From contig CBDDBZ010000004.1 in assembly GCA_965225945.1 (NCBI GenBank), positions 9,240 through 73,239 of the forward strand: 64,000 bases of DNA. The letters are read 5' to 3'. Shown here one piece after another: positions 1 to 9,140 of the stretch. Source of the DNA: Alphaproteobacteria bacterium. Lineage in GTDB: Bacteria > Pseudomonadota > Alphaproteobacteria > GCA-2731375. How positions within the stretch are numbered: position 1 is the stretch's first letter; each line of letters opens with the position of its first letter. The translations under genes were made by a program, and so were the position numbers. The notes beneath the pieces are model-generated. The model saw nothing but the letters and a program-made list of their open reading frames with translations. It ran no database searches and was not told where the DNA came from.

Positions 1-109
1 TGATGCCGCGTCAACCGCCGCCAATGGGCCATTGAGGCCCCGCGAGCCCATGCGAGCGAAGCCAAGCGCCCGATTGCGCGCGCCCGGCGTCTGAGGGAAC
101 AAGAAGAAT

Positions 110-141
110 CCAGGGCAATCGCGTTCACGCGATTGCCCTGG
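110..141. repeat. Perfect 14-bp stem palindrome (REP-like hairpin)
   Basis: CCAGGGCAATCGCG-TTCA-CGCGATTGCCCTGG; intergenic, no U-tract on either side. Confidence 0.7.
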
Positions 142-162
142 GGTGAGAGGCCTAGGCCCCTG

Positions 163-272
163 AAATGCAAAGCGCCCCGTGCGGGTGATGCCGCCGGGGC
201 GCAACTCGCCAAGTGATGGGTTAGATGGTTTCGGGGTGTCCCGTTGGCAAGGGGGCGGATGCGATTTTTTCG
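163..272 (-). ncRNA. Candidate sRNA transcription unit, copy 1 (RpoH-like promoter, ~55-nt transcript, intrinsic terminator)
   Basis: Minus strand: CCCCCTTGCC-N16-ACCATCTA, then GC hairpin 202..172 followed by TTTGCATTT; diverged second copy at 3157..3265. The repeat is seen directly; RNA status is inferred. Confidence 0.45.
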
Positions 273-290
273 GTTCTTCGCGGATTTGTG

Positions 291-466
291 CGGACGGGAC
301 GCCCCCTCGGCGAGGCGGGCTTCGTCGAACGCCTGAAAGGCCTCACCGGCCGCCGGCTCACGCCCGGCCGCCCAGGCCGACCCCGGAAGCTCGACGCCAA
401 GAGGGAGGCCGATCGAGAAGCGATGCGGAAGCGAGGCTCGGAAAATAATAAACTATCCCCAGAATT
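291..466 (+). pseudogene. C-terminal remnant of REP-associated tyrosine transposase (RAYT/IS200-like Y1)
   Basis: Translates RTGRPLGEAGFVERLKGLTGRRLTPGRPGRPRK, typical of RAYT-type C-termini, followed by AAATAATAAACTATCCCCAGAATT; no HUH/Tyr catalytic part present. Confidence 0.55.
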
Positions 467-817
467 GCCGCGGCTCGTCATGCCCGTCTGGCACGCCCTC
501 GACCGAGCACAGCGACGTTTTTCTGGTGCAGATGATGGTGGCGGCGACGGCGCATCTTGATATATAAAATTTTATCTAAATGTTGGATGAATTTGTTATT
601 AATGTTGGATAATATTTGTGAAAATAAATAAAGAATGTCAATAAATTTCGAAACGATACTTAAATGAAAGTCTTGAATTCTTCCACGCATCTACTAATTA
701 TTAATCGCAAGGTACCATAATCATCACAAATAATCGGCGAACCGGTGCGGGGACTGGAATCTGTTCCTAACAAGGTGACGGTCATCATTCTCCCAATCGA
801 TGGAGGCCATTTGATCG

Positions 818-1081
818 ATGTATGAGCAAGCGAACAAGAACCCCAGCGAGCACAAGAGTATCGGCATTAAGCGCTTGCAAAGTCAGGTGCCGCTTTCGAT
901 CATCGCAGCGGTGACAGGGGCCACCTTGATGTATATGCTCATCACTTTCTTCAACATGCCAATAGAAACCGAGCACACGACATTTACGCGGATCGGGGTA
1001 CTCGTGGGCATCGCGTGCATTGTCGCATGTTGGGTCAAAATCTATTGGCACCGGCCGAACTCAAGAGATCTCGATCAATAG
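818..1081 (+). CDS. Small hypothetical membrane protein (2 TM)
   Basis: 87-aa ORF with two hydrophobic segments; GGAGG upstream; lower GC than host genes. Confidence 0.4.
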   Translation: MYEQANKNPSEHKSIGIKRLQSQVPLSIIAAVTGATLMYMLITFFNMPIETEHTTFTRIGVLVGIACIVACWVKIYWHRPNSRDLDQ

Positions 1082-1115
1082 TCCCCATGGTGATTCGCGG
1101 AGGACTCGGACGGGC

Positions 1116-1472
1116 ATGGACATGAACTCGCCATAGCATCCGAGGAACTGTATTGCCGTGAGATTGCAGACGGTCGACGGCAATACCTCGAAAGGCTTCA
1201 TGTTTGCCCCCTCCGACATACGCGTCTCCGACGCCGTCAACTCGACTAAGCCCTTCCTTCCCTTCGTGCACGGCGACGGCCAGTTTTCCCCAATTGCAAA
1301 GGCCATGCTCATCCGCGTGACGCCCTATGATGCCCAAGCACATAATGCGCAGCGCCTCGCTGACGGTGCGGGCAAAACGCCAACAGACCTGTGGCGGGAC
1401 CGCGCGCAGCGAAAATGGGGACCGCGAAAATGGGGACATGGCGTAATTGAGTTAGGGTCACCCTCCCACTAA
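1116..1472 (+). pseudogene. Hypothetical protein with in-frame amber stop
   Basis: GGAGGA then ATG1116; TAG at 1134 in frame with ORF 1158..1472 (V.LQTVDG...GFMF...RVSD.VN..KPFLPF), which resembles a small alphaproteobacterial beta-domain family. Confidence 0.35.
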
Positions 1473-1712
1473 GCGCGAAGTCCGCCCCGGCTTGAAGTCC
1501 GTCGGGTGGCTTCAAGAAGGAGGATGACCCCTGCGTGAAGTCTATGCCGGTTTGGACTTTTCCGACAAGCAGACCCACATTTGTCTGGCTGATGGCGATG
1601 TCGGCGGATTGTCGCTCACGGGCCGCAAGGCTATTCGGGGGCGAAGCGGCACTTCACTGGCTGCTGCCGCATCGATGGGTTGAGACGGATGGCGGATGGC
1701 GCCTATCACAAG

Positions 1713-2975
1713 ATGCACAGGGAGAGCGTGACCGCGCCGCGGGGATGTCCCGTCGATCACGCGTTCTCGCCGTTCTCGGAGAGCTATCTGAAAGATCCCT
1801 ACGCGGTGCTGGAAGAGCTTCGCGCCACCTCGCCCGTGTTTTATTCGGCGGAGCTGGGCTATCTGGTCCTGACGCGGATGGAGGATGTCGCCGAGGTCTT
1901 TCGCAACCCCGACCTCTATGCCTCCGAGAACGTTCAAGATCCCGTCTTGCCGTTATGTGACGCGGCCGCCCGAATCCTGGCGGCGCCCGACTACAACCCG
2001 ATCGCGGTCCTGTCGAACCGCCCACGTCCCGACCACACCCGAATCCGAAAACACGCGCAGGCCGGGTTTTCGAGCCGGCGGATGAGCCTCCTCGAGCCCT
2101 TTATCCGCCGGCGCTGCGAGGCCCTGGTCGAGGCGATGGTGGCGCGGGGCGCGCCGGCGGAATTCCTCGGGTGCATCGGATTTCCCCTGCCCGGCGAGAC
2201 GATCTTCCGCTTGCTCGGCTTTCCGCCAGCGGACGACGCGCAGCTCAAGGCGTGGACCACCAGCCGTCTCACCTTCACCTGGGGCAAGGCGAGCGAGGAC
2301 GAGCAGGTCGATATCGCCCGCAAGGTGCTCGCCTATTGGCGCTATTGCGTTTCCTTCGTGCAGACCCGCCGCGCGGAACCGGCCGACGACTTCACCTCGG
2401 AACTGCTGGCCGTCCACGCGGCCGATCCCGAGGAGCTCGGCTCGAGGGAGATCGAGTCGATCATCTATGGTCTTTCCGTCGCGGGCCACGAAATCGTCAC
2501 CAACTACCTGAGCAACGCGCTGATCACCCTGCTCGCCAAGCGCGCGCTTTGGGACGAACTCTGCGGCGATCCGGAACTCGTTCCAGGTGCGCTCGAGGAG
2601 GTGCTCCGCTTCAACTCGCCGCAGACGAGCTGGCGGCGTATCGCCACCAGGGACTGCGAACTCGCGGGCTTCGCGATCCCCGCCGGGACCCAGATCTTCC
2701 TGTCGCTCGCCTCGGCCAATCACGACGAGAGCCAGTTCCCGAACCCGGGCATCTTCGACATGCATAGAGCGAATGCTCGCGCGCATATTTCATTCGGTCG
2801 CGGAATCCATTTTTGCCTCGGCAATCGACTGGCGCTACTGGAGGCGACCATCACCCTCGAAACGCTCGTCGAACGCCTGCCTTCCCTCGCCCTCGTGGCG
2901 GATCAGGAATTCAGCTACTTCCCGAACTTCACCTTCAGGGGACCCGAGGCGTTGTGGCTGACCTGGTCGACGTGA
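1713..2975 (+). CDS. Cytochrome P450 (CYP116-like heme domain, no fused reductase)
   Basis: FGRGIHFCLG heme motif, EEVLR (ExxR), I-helix AGHEI; start uncertain (1689/1713/1728). Confidence 0.95.
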   Translation: MHRESVTAPRGCPVDHAFSPFSESYLKDPYAVLEELRATSPVFYSAELGYLVLTRMEDVAEVFRNPDLYASENVQDPVLPLCDAAARILAAPDYNPIAVLSNRPRPDHTRIRKHAQAGFSSRRMSLLEPFIRRRCEALVEAMVARGAPAEFLGCIGFPLPGETIFRLLGFPPADDAQLKAWTTSRLTFTWGKASEDEQVDIARKVLAYWRYCVSFVQTRRAEPADDFTSELLAVHAADPEELGSREIESIIYGLSVAGHEIVTNYLSNALITLLAKRALWDELCGDPELVPGALEEVLRFNSPQTSWRRIATRDCELAGFAIPAGTQIFLSLASANHDESQFPNPGIFDMHRANARAHISFGRGIHFCLGNRLALLEATITLETLVERLPSLALVADQEFSYFPNFTFRGPEALWLTWST

Positions 2976-3156
2976 TGGTCGAAGGCGGCGTATCGTCGGG
3001 CCTTCGGTGGCGAGTACGGAATTTGACGGAGGGATCGATCTCGGCCCTTCGCCGCCGCCCGGGGAATCGCTCGAAGCGGAGAGCTTGTCCCGCCGCCTTG
3101 AAATCACCTGGCCCGCCGCGTGCGGCCTGGGGCGGGACGAGCCGTCTCCCCCTCCC

Positions 3157-3265
3157 AAATGCAAAGCGCCCCGTGCGGGGATGCCGCCGGGGCGCAGTTC
3201 GCCACTTGACGAGGTAGATGGTTTCGGGGTGTCCCCTCGGCAAGGGGGCGGATGCGAATTTTTCG
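3157..3265 (-). ncRNA. Candidate sRNA transcription unit, copy 2
   Basis: Direct repeat of 163..272 with conserved CTTGCC, CCATCTA, hairpin 3195..3166 and TTTGCATTT. Confidence 0.45.
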
Positions 3266-3302
3266 CGCGGGGACGCAACGCCGAATTCGCCGTGGGTTAT
3301 CC

Positions 3303-3356
3303 TCAACATATCGATTGATAATCAACTTAAAGATTGATAATCAATCGAAATACTGA
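3303..3356. promoter_or_regulatory. Triple ArsR-type operator
   Basis: 19-bp period: TCAACATATCGATTGA (3303), TCAACTTAAAGATTGA (3322), TCAATCGAAATACTGA (3341), directly upstream of the ArsR gene. Confidence 0.65.
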
Positions 3357-3367
3357 GCAAAAAGAGC

Positions 3368-3763
3368 ATGGATGACGACCAAGGAGCGGCCGATGAGGGC
3401 GCCCTCGACCGGATCTTCTCCGCCCTCTCCGACCGCACGCGGCGCGACATTCTCGAAATGTTGGACGAGGAGAGCCTGGTCGTCTCTAGGATCGCGCGGC
3501 GATTTCCGATTTCGCTTCAGGCGGTCTCGCGCCATGTCCATGTTCTGGTCGCGGCCGGGCTCGTCACCCAGGAGCGGAGCGGGCGCATCAGCCGCTGCAG
3601 CTTGAACGCCGACCCGATCCTGCCCGCCGCCGTTTGGATCAACCGCTACGCCAAATACTGGCAGGAGCAATTCGACGAGCTCGCGACTTGGCTCCACCGC
3701 TTGGACCCCGCCGCTGCGACGGCGGATCTCGAAGCTGAGGAAAATCAGGGAGAAGGGAAATGA
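3368..3763 (+). CDS. ArsR/SmtB family transcriptional regulator
   Basis: FSALSDRTRRDIL...ISLQAVSRHVHVL..AGLV winged-HTH signature. Confidence 0.93.
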   Translation: MDDDQGAADEGALDRIFSALSDRTRRDILEMLDEESLVVSRIARRFPISLQAVSRHVHVLVAAGLVTQERSGRISRCSLNADPILPAAVWINRYAKYWQEQFDELATWLHRLDPAAATADLEAEENQGEGK

Positions 3764-4356
3764 ACTACGCCGACGGCATCACCCAGATTGCCGAATACAG
3801 GAAGAAGATCAGCGCCATAAGGACGGAGATGCTCGCCGTTCAAGCGACGATCGATCCGCAAGAAATCGAAGATTATATCTTCCAAACCGCTGAGGGCGAG
3901 GTGCGCCTTAGGGAACTGTTCGGCGAGAACGAGCAGCTCTTCATCATTCACAACATGGGTATAAGCTGCCCTTATTGTACGCTCTGGGCCGACGGCTTCA
4001 ACGGCATCTACGATCACATCAAATCGAGGGCTGCCTTCTTCCTATCGAGCCCGGACTCCGCCGAACGGCAAGGCGACTTCGCGAGGCGCCGCGGCTGGCG
4101 GTTTCCGATGATCAGCCATCGCGGATCCACCTTCGCCGCCAATATGGGCTACCAGTCCGATGAAGGGTACTTGCCCGGAATTTCGACCTTCAAGCTACAT
4201 TCGGGCCGTCCCGTTCGGCTGTCCGATGCCGCGTTCGGCCCAGGGGACGACTTCAGTCCGTTTTGGCATTTGTTCGACTTACTGCCAGGGCCCGCGGACG
4301 ATTGGCGCCCGAAGTTCGACTACGGCGACGATGCTCACCAGGCGGTTTCGCCATGA
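3760..4356 (+). CDS. DUF899 thioredoxin-like protein
   Basis: LRELFG, CPYCTLWADG, RRGW.FP motifs; ATGA coupling to the ArsR gene. Confidence 0.85.
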   Translation: MNYADGITQIAEYRKKISAIRTEMLAVQATIDPQEIEDYIFQTAEGEVRLRELFGENEQLFIIHNMGISCPYCTLWADGFNGIYDHIKSRAAFFLSSPDSAERQGDFARRRGWRFPMISHRGSTFAANMGYQSDEGYLPGISTFKLHSGRPVRLSDAAFGPGDDFSPFWHLFDLLPGPADDWRPKFDYGDDAHQAVSP

Positions 4357-4524
4357 CGTCCGGCTCGAATGGGGGGGGAGCTCGCGCCGCGCCGTTGGAT
4401 ACGAGATATCGGATGATCCCGAAGAAGCCGAGGGACTTTTTACAGAGCAACGGATTCGAGGCGCCCCGATGGCACCAAACGCGCTCGGCGATAGGGCCGA
4501 GGTTCTCCGGCAAATAACGACGCG

Positions 4525-4959
4525 TCATCGATTGGCGATGTAAATGTCTCGCAGCACATTGGCCTCGAGCTCCATTTCATCGAGGCGATGCTTGACGACA
4601 TCGCCGATCGACACCATGCCCACCAGAGCGCCCGCTTGCAGCACCGGCAGATGGCGAAGTCGGCGCTGCGTCATCGTTCGCATCACCGACTTGATGTCGT
4701 CGTCGGGCGCGCAGGTGGCGGGCTGGCGATGCATGACGTCGCGAACCCGACGCTCGAATAGATCACCGTCTCTCTCGCCGAGGGCTCTCACGATGTCCCG
4801 CTCGGCGATCAGACCGACCATCGCGCCGGCGGGATCGGTCACGACCAGCGATCCGATATGCTTCTCGTTGAAGCGCGCCACGACGGCACCCACCCGGACG
4901 TCGGGAGGAATGGTCGAAACCGCATTGCCCTTCGAGCTCAGAATATCGGATACCTTCAT
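4525..4959 (-). CDS. CBS domain protein
   Basis: Two CBS repeats (IGSLVV, GLIAERDIVR, RHLPV, SIGDVVK); GAGGAGG RBS. Confidence 0.93.
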   Translation of the reverse strand: MKVSDILSSKGNAVSTIPPDVRVGAVVARFNEKHIGSLVVTDPAGAMVGLIAERDIVRALGERDGDLFERRVRDVMHRQPATCAPDDDIKSVMRTMTQRRLRHLPVLQAGALVGMVSIGDVVKHRLDEMELEANVLRDIYIANR

Positions 4960-5151
4960 CGCCCCCCTCCTCTGATCCAGCCTCCGAGATCCGACAATAA
5001 TACTTTACATAATACATGGTCCTGAACGCCCTGTCACGTCGAAGACACCCGTTGGGTCCGATCGGGGGACTCGAAGAATTCCGTGGGGAAATTGCCGCCG
5101 CGGCGCGCTTCGGGTCGCTGACGTGCGGCCGGCGCGCCGAGACCGAGTGGC

Positions 5152-6120
5152 CTAAAGCCTCGTCAACGCCGGCGTAAAATATCCCGCTCCGCTAAAGTCC
5201 CTCGCCAGCGGCTCGAGATCGGCCCAAAACGCCCCGGACAATTCCATGCCGCCCGCTTCGGTGTTCTGAACCGCCTCCTCGACCGTCCTGGCACCGGGAA
5301 TGGTCGTGGCGACCAAGGGATGGCGGACACACCATTGCAGCGCCGCCGCGACCATCGGAACGCCATGATCGTCGCAAACCCGCTTTATCTCGCCCGCGTG
5401 CGCCAAAATCTCGGGCGAGAAATCGCGGCCCGAATACGCCACCCCTTCGATCGGCCCGGTGGCGAGTAGGCCACGCTCGATCGGTGTCGCCACGGCGACC
5501 CCGACATCGTGCTTTTCAACCGCCGGGAAGATATAGCGCTCGGCACTCTGGTTCAGCAGGCTCCAGGCGTCCGGCACGACGGCGACGTCGAACTCGCCCG
5601 TCTCGATGAAGGGGCCGTTGGCATCGGGATCGTTGGCCGCCGCCCCGACGAAGCCGACGACGCCTTCGTCCTGCAGCTTGCGAAGCGCGCCGAGCGCGCG
5701 GTCCTTGCCCAGCACTTCCTCGAGCGGCAGCCCCATGGGATCATGGATGTAGACAATCTCGAAGCGGTCGAGCCCGAGCCGCACCCGGCTCGCCTCGACG
5801 CTCCGCATCACCGCATCGTAGCCGTAGTCCCGCCCGGCCGCCGTGCGGCCGACCTTGGTCGTCACCGTCACGCCCTTGGCCAGATCCGGACGCGCCGCGA
5901 GCGCGCGGCCGATGATGGTCTCGGCAACGGTATCGCCATAGTTCGGCGCCGTGTCGATCAGCGTACAGCCCGCCTCCATCGCCGCCACGACGGTCGCGAC
6001 CCCGCGCTCCACGTCCAACTCTCCCGGCGCACCGCCTTGCAGTTGCCCGCCGATGAAGACGGTGCCCAATCCGACGATGGGGACCTCCAGTCCCGTCCTG
6101 CCCAACACCTTCCTCTTCAT
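5152..6120 (-). CDS. Aldo/keto reductase
   Basis: LGRTGLEV, IDTAPNYG, TKVG, YIHDP, IPGA motifs. Confidence 0.92.
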   Translation of the reverse strand: MKRKVLGRTGLEVPIVGLGTVFIGGQLQGGAPGELDVERGVATVVAAMEAGCTLIDTAPNYGDTVAETIIGRALAARPDLAKGVTVTTKVGRTAAGRDYGYDAVMRSVEASRVRLGLDRFEIVYIHDPMGLPLEEVLGKDRALGALRKLQDEGVVGFVGAAANDPDANGPFIETGEFDVAVVPDAWSLLNQSAERYIFPAVEKHDVGVAVATPIERGLLATGPIEGVAYSGRDFSPEILAHAGEIKRVCDDHGVPMVAAALQWCVRHPLVATTIPGARTVEEAVQNTEAGGMELSGAFWADLEPLARDFSGAGYFTPALTRL

Positions 6121-6296
6121 CGCACCGTCCCGCTGCCTCGCCGTCCTCGTCGCCGTCCGACTAATTCAGCGCAGCGACCGAGGAGACTTGCAACCTGTCC
6201 CTTTTCCAATTCCACACGGCGCGGGCGGCGAGCCAAGTCCGGGATCGTCGTATATGCTCGGGCTTTGGACGGGATCGCTTTTGGAGAAGGTCCGAC

Positions 6297-7062
<766 letters not shown>

Positions 7063-7073
<11 letters not shown>

Positions 7074-7794
7074 TAAATCGTGATAATTTGGAGCCAATCC
7101 CCTGGCTTCGCCCCGGCTCGCCTACCTCCTATTGCAGCGGCGAATGGCGTTGGTCACGACGGCGGGCAGCATGATGCTATGCGGCTTTCCCCGGGTTTTG
7201 CATCTCCTCGATCATCTCGAGGCTTTTCGCGACGAAGACCTGCCAGTCGGCATCGGCGTTCACGGCGGCGCGGACTTCGGCGCGGCGATCGAGGCTCGGA
7301 TAAGCCCAGAGGTGTTGCAGACCTCTGGATCGCGCGCGCCCCGGAAAGTGGCAGGCCAAGTGAGAGAGGCTCCGGGCGACGAACACGCCGAAGACCAAGA
7401 CGCAAAGGCTCTCCAGACGGCTCTTGCGAAAGGCGAAGCCGCATCGTAGCGTCTCACGCAGGGCGTTGATCGGGTTGTCTCGCATGATTTCCCTCTTGAC
7501 TCGTCGTGGAGTGAATCGGGAATCCTACAACCTTTTCAACGTCCTACGTAAATGCCGTCGTGTACCATGTCCCCGATTAGTAAATCGTGATAATTTCCCC
7601 TGGCTTCGCCCCGGCTCGCCTACCTCCTATTGCAGCGGCGAATGGCTGGCGGGCAGCATGATGCTATTTTGCATCTCCTCGATCATCTCGAGGCTTTTCG
7701 CGACGAAGACCTGCCAGTCGGCATCGGCGTTCACGGCGGCGCGGACTTCGGCGCGGCGATCGAGGCTCGGATAAGCCCAGAGGTGGCAGACCTC
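7063..7794. repeat. Imperfect direct duplication (7063..7325 vs 7570..7794) of the SDR/NIPSNAP junction
   Basis: Second copy is 225 bp; first copy is the same sequence plus four short inserts (net 9, 11, 16 and 2 nt). Confidence 0.9.
7326..7569 (-). mobile_element. IS4-family element remnant (left end plus transposase N-terminus)
   Basis: ATG7485 MRDNPINALRETL...SRLESLCVLVFGVFVARSLSHLACHFPGRA resembles IS4-family transposase N-termini; AGAGGG RBS; putative end CATGGTACACGAC at 7569. Confidence 0.6.
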
Positions 7795-8262
7795 GTTCGG
7801 CTGTCCGGCCTCCGAGGTCCAGAGCCCGACGATCTTGGAATGGCGTTCACGCACCGGCAGCGCGCCCTTGAACAGCTTGAGCCAGGCCTTCATCGCGCCG
7901 GGCCGCAGGCGATAGCAGCGCAGCTCGTAGACGTTGCCGGTCGTCTCCGGCGCTACGGGTCCGATGACGCCATTCAAGATTCGCACGTCCTGGCGCACCA
8001 ACATCGGCCGCATCTTCGGCAGATAGTCGTTGTTCCACGCTTCGTTGGCGCCAAGCGCCGCCCTGAGGCGTGCCCGCTCGTTCAGATCGCTATAGCTCCA
8101 CAGGTGCATGACTTGGTTGAGCGCTCCGATCTCCGCCACCCAATAGCCTTCGAGCTTGCCGTAATCGTCGCCCCGAACGGCGCGTCCGACCTCGCTCGAA
8201 TGCGCCGCCGCCGCAGGCGCCATGCCGGGCAACATGGTGTAGGTTCTGAGTTCATAGACCAT
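7627..8262 (-). CDS. NIPSNAP family protein (two domains)
   Basis: Repeated YELR.Y and HLW.Y..L..R...RAA motifs; GGAGGG RBS. Confidence 0.92.
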   Translation of the reverse strand: MVYELRTYTMLPGMAPAAAAHSSEVGRAVRGDDYGKLEGYWVAEIGALNQVMHLWSYSDLNERARLRAALGANEAWNNDYLPKMRPMLVRQDVRILNGVIGPVAPETTGNVYELRCYRLRPGAMKAWLKLFKGALPVRERHSKIVGLWTSEAGQPNEVCHLWAYPSLDRRAEVRAAVNADADWQVFVAKSLEMIEEMQNSIMLPASHSPLQ

Positions 8263-8400
8263 CGCTGGCTTCCCTCCCTCGGACTATGTTCGAACCGGTG
8301 CATTCTGGACAACGGCTCGGATCGGACGCCAGCGTAAGGTCCAATAGCTCTCGCTGGCAATCCGATGCTCGGGATGGAACGGAACACGGGGGGAACCCTC

Positions 8401-8745
8401 ATGCAGACGGGCTTGGCCTATATCGGCGCGGCGGCCGCCGAGATCGCGGGGTGTTTTGCCTTTTGGGCCTGGCTCCGATTGGGGGCGTCGGTCTGGTGGC
8501 TGATTCCGGGGATCGCCAGCTTGGTGGCCTTCGCATACTTGCTCACCTTGGTGGACAGCATTGCGGCGGGCCGTGCCTATGCCGCCTATGGGGGTGTCTA
8601 CATCTCGGCATCCCTGCTGTGGCTCTGGACGGTAGAAAACCTGCGACCGGATCGCTGGGACGTGATCGGTGCCTTGCTGTGCCTCGCCGGTGCGGCCATC
8701 ATCATCTTCGGACCACGCCCGACAATACCGAACGCCCTCGGTTGA
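8401..8745 (+). CDS. YnfA/UPF0060 membrane protein
   Basis: [27 protein letters not shown] motifs. Confidence 0.93.
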   Translation: MQTGLAYIGAAAAEIAGCFAFWAWLRLGASVWWLIPGIASLVAFAYLLTLVDSIAAGRAYAAYGGVYISASLLWLWTVENLRPDRWDVIGALLCLAGAAIIIFGPRPTIPNALG

Positions 8746-9140
8746 GCGGCGTATTCCCGGCGCGGACCGCCGCACGGCACCCGAGGTAGCGAGGACAGCA
8801 TGATCGAGGTCAACGGCATGGCCCATGTGATCTTGACCGTCAGCCGATACGACGAAGCCAAGGCCTTCTATTCGAAACTGATGCCCGCGCTCGGTCTGGA
8901 GTGTGTCTTCGATGGCAGCGACATGTGCTACTTCGTCGGCGGGCGCACCGCACTCGGCCTCCAGCCCTGCAAACCGGAACACGCGGGCGAGCGCTTCGTC
9001 CAAGGCCGGGTCGGACTGCACCACATCTGCTTCCGCGCCCGCTCGCCCGAGGACGTCGATCGGGTCGAGGCGTTCCTCGACGAGATGGACGCGCACATCG
9101 TCAGCCGAGCCCAGGGGGGGCCCTGGGCGCCCGGGTATTA

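Noticed and set aside
478-690. 70-aa minus-strand ORF over the AT-rich tract
   Set aside because: No motif or clear RBS; it straddles a sharp GC boundary.
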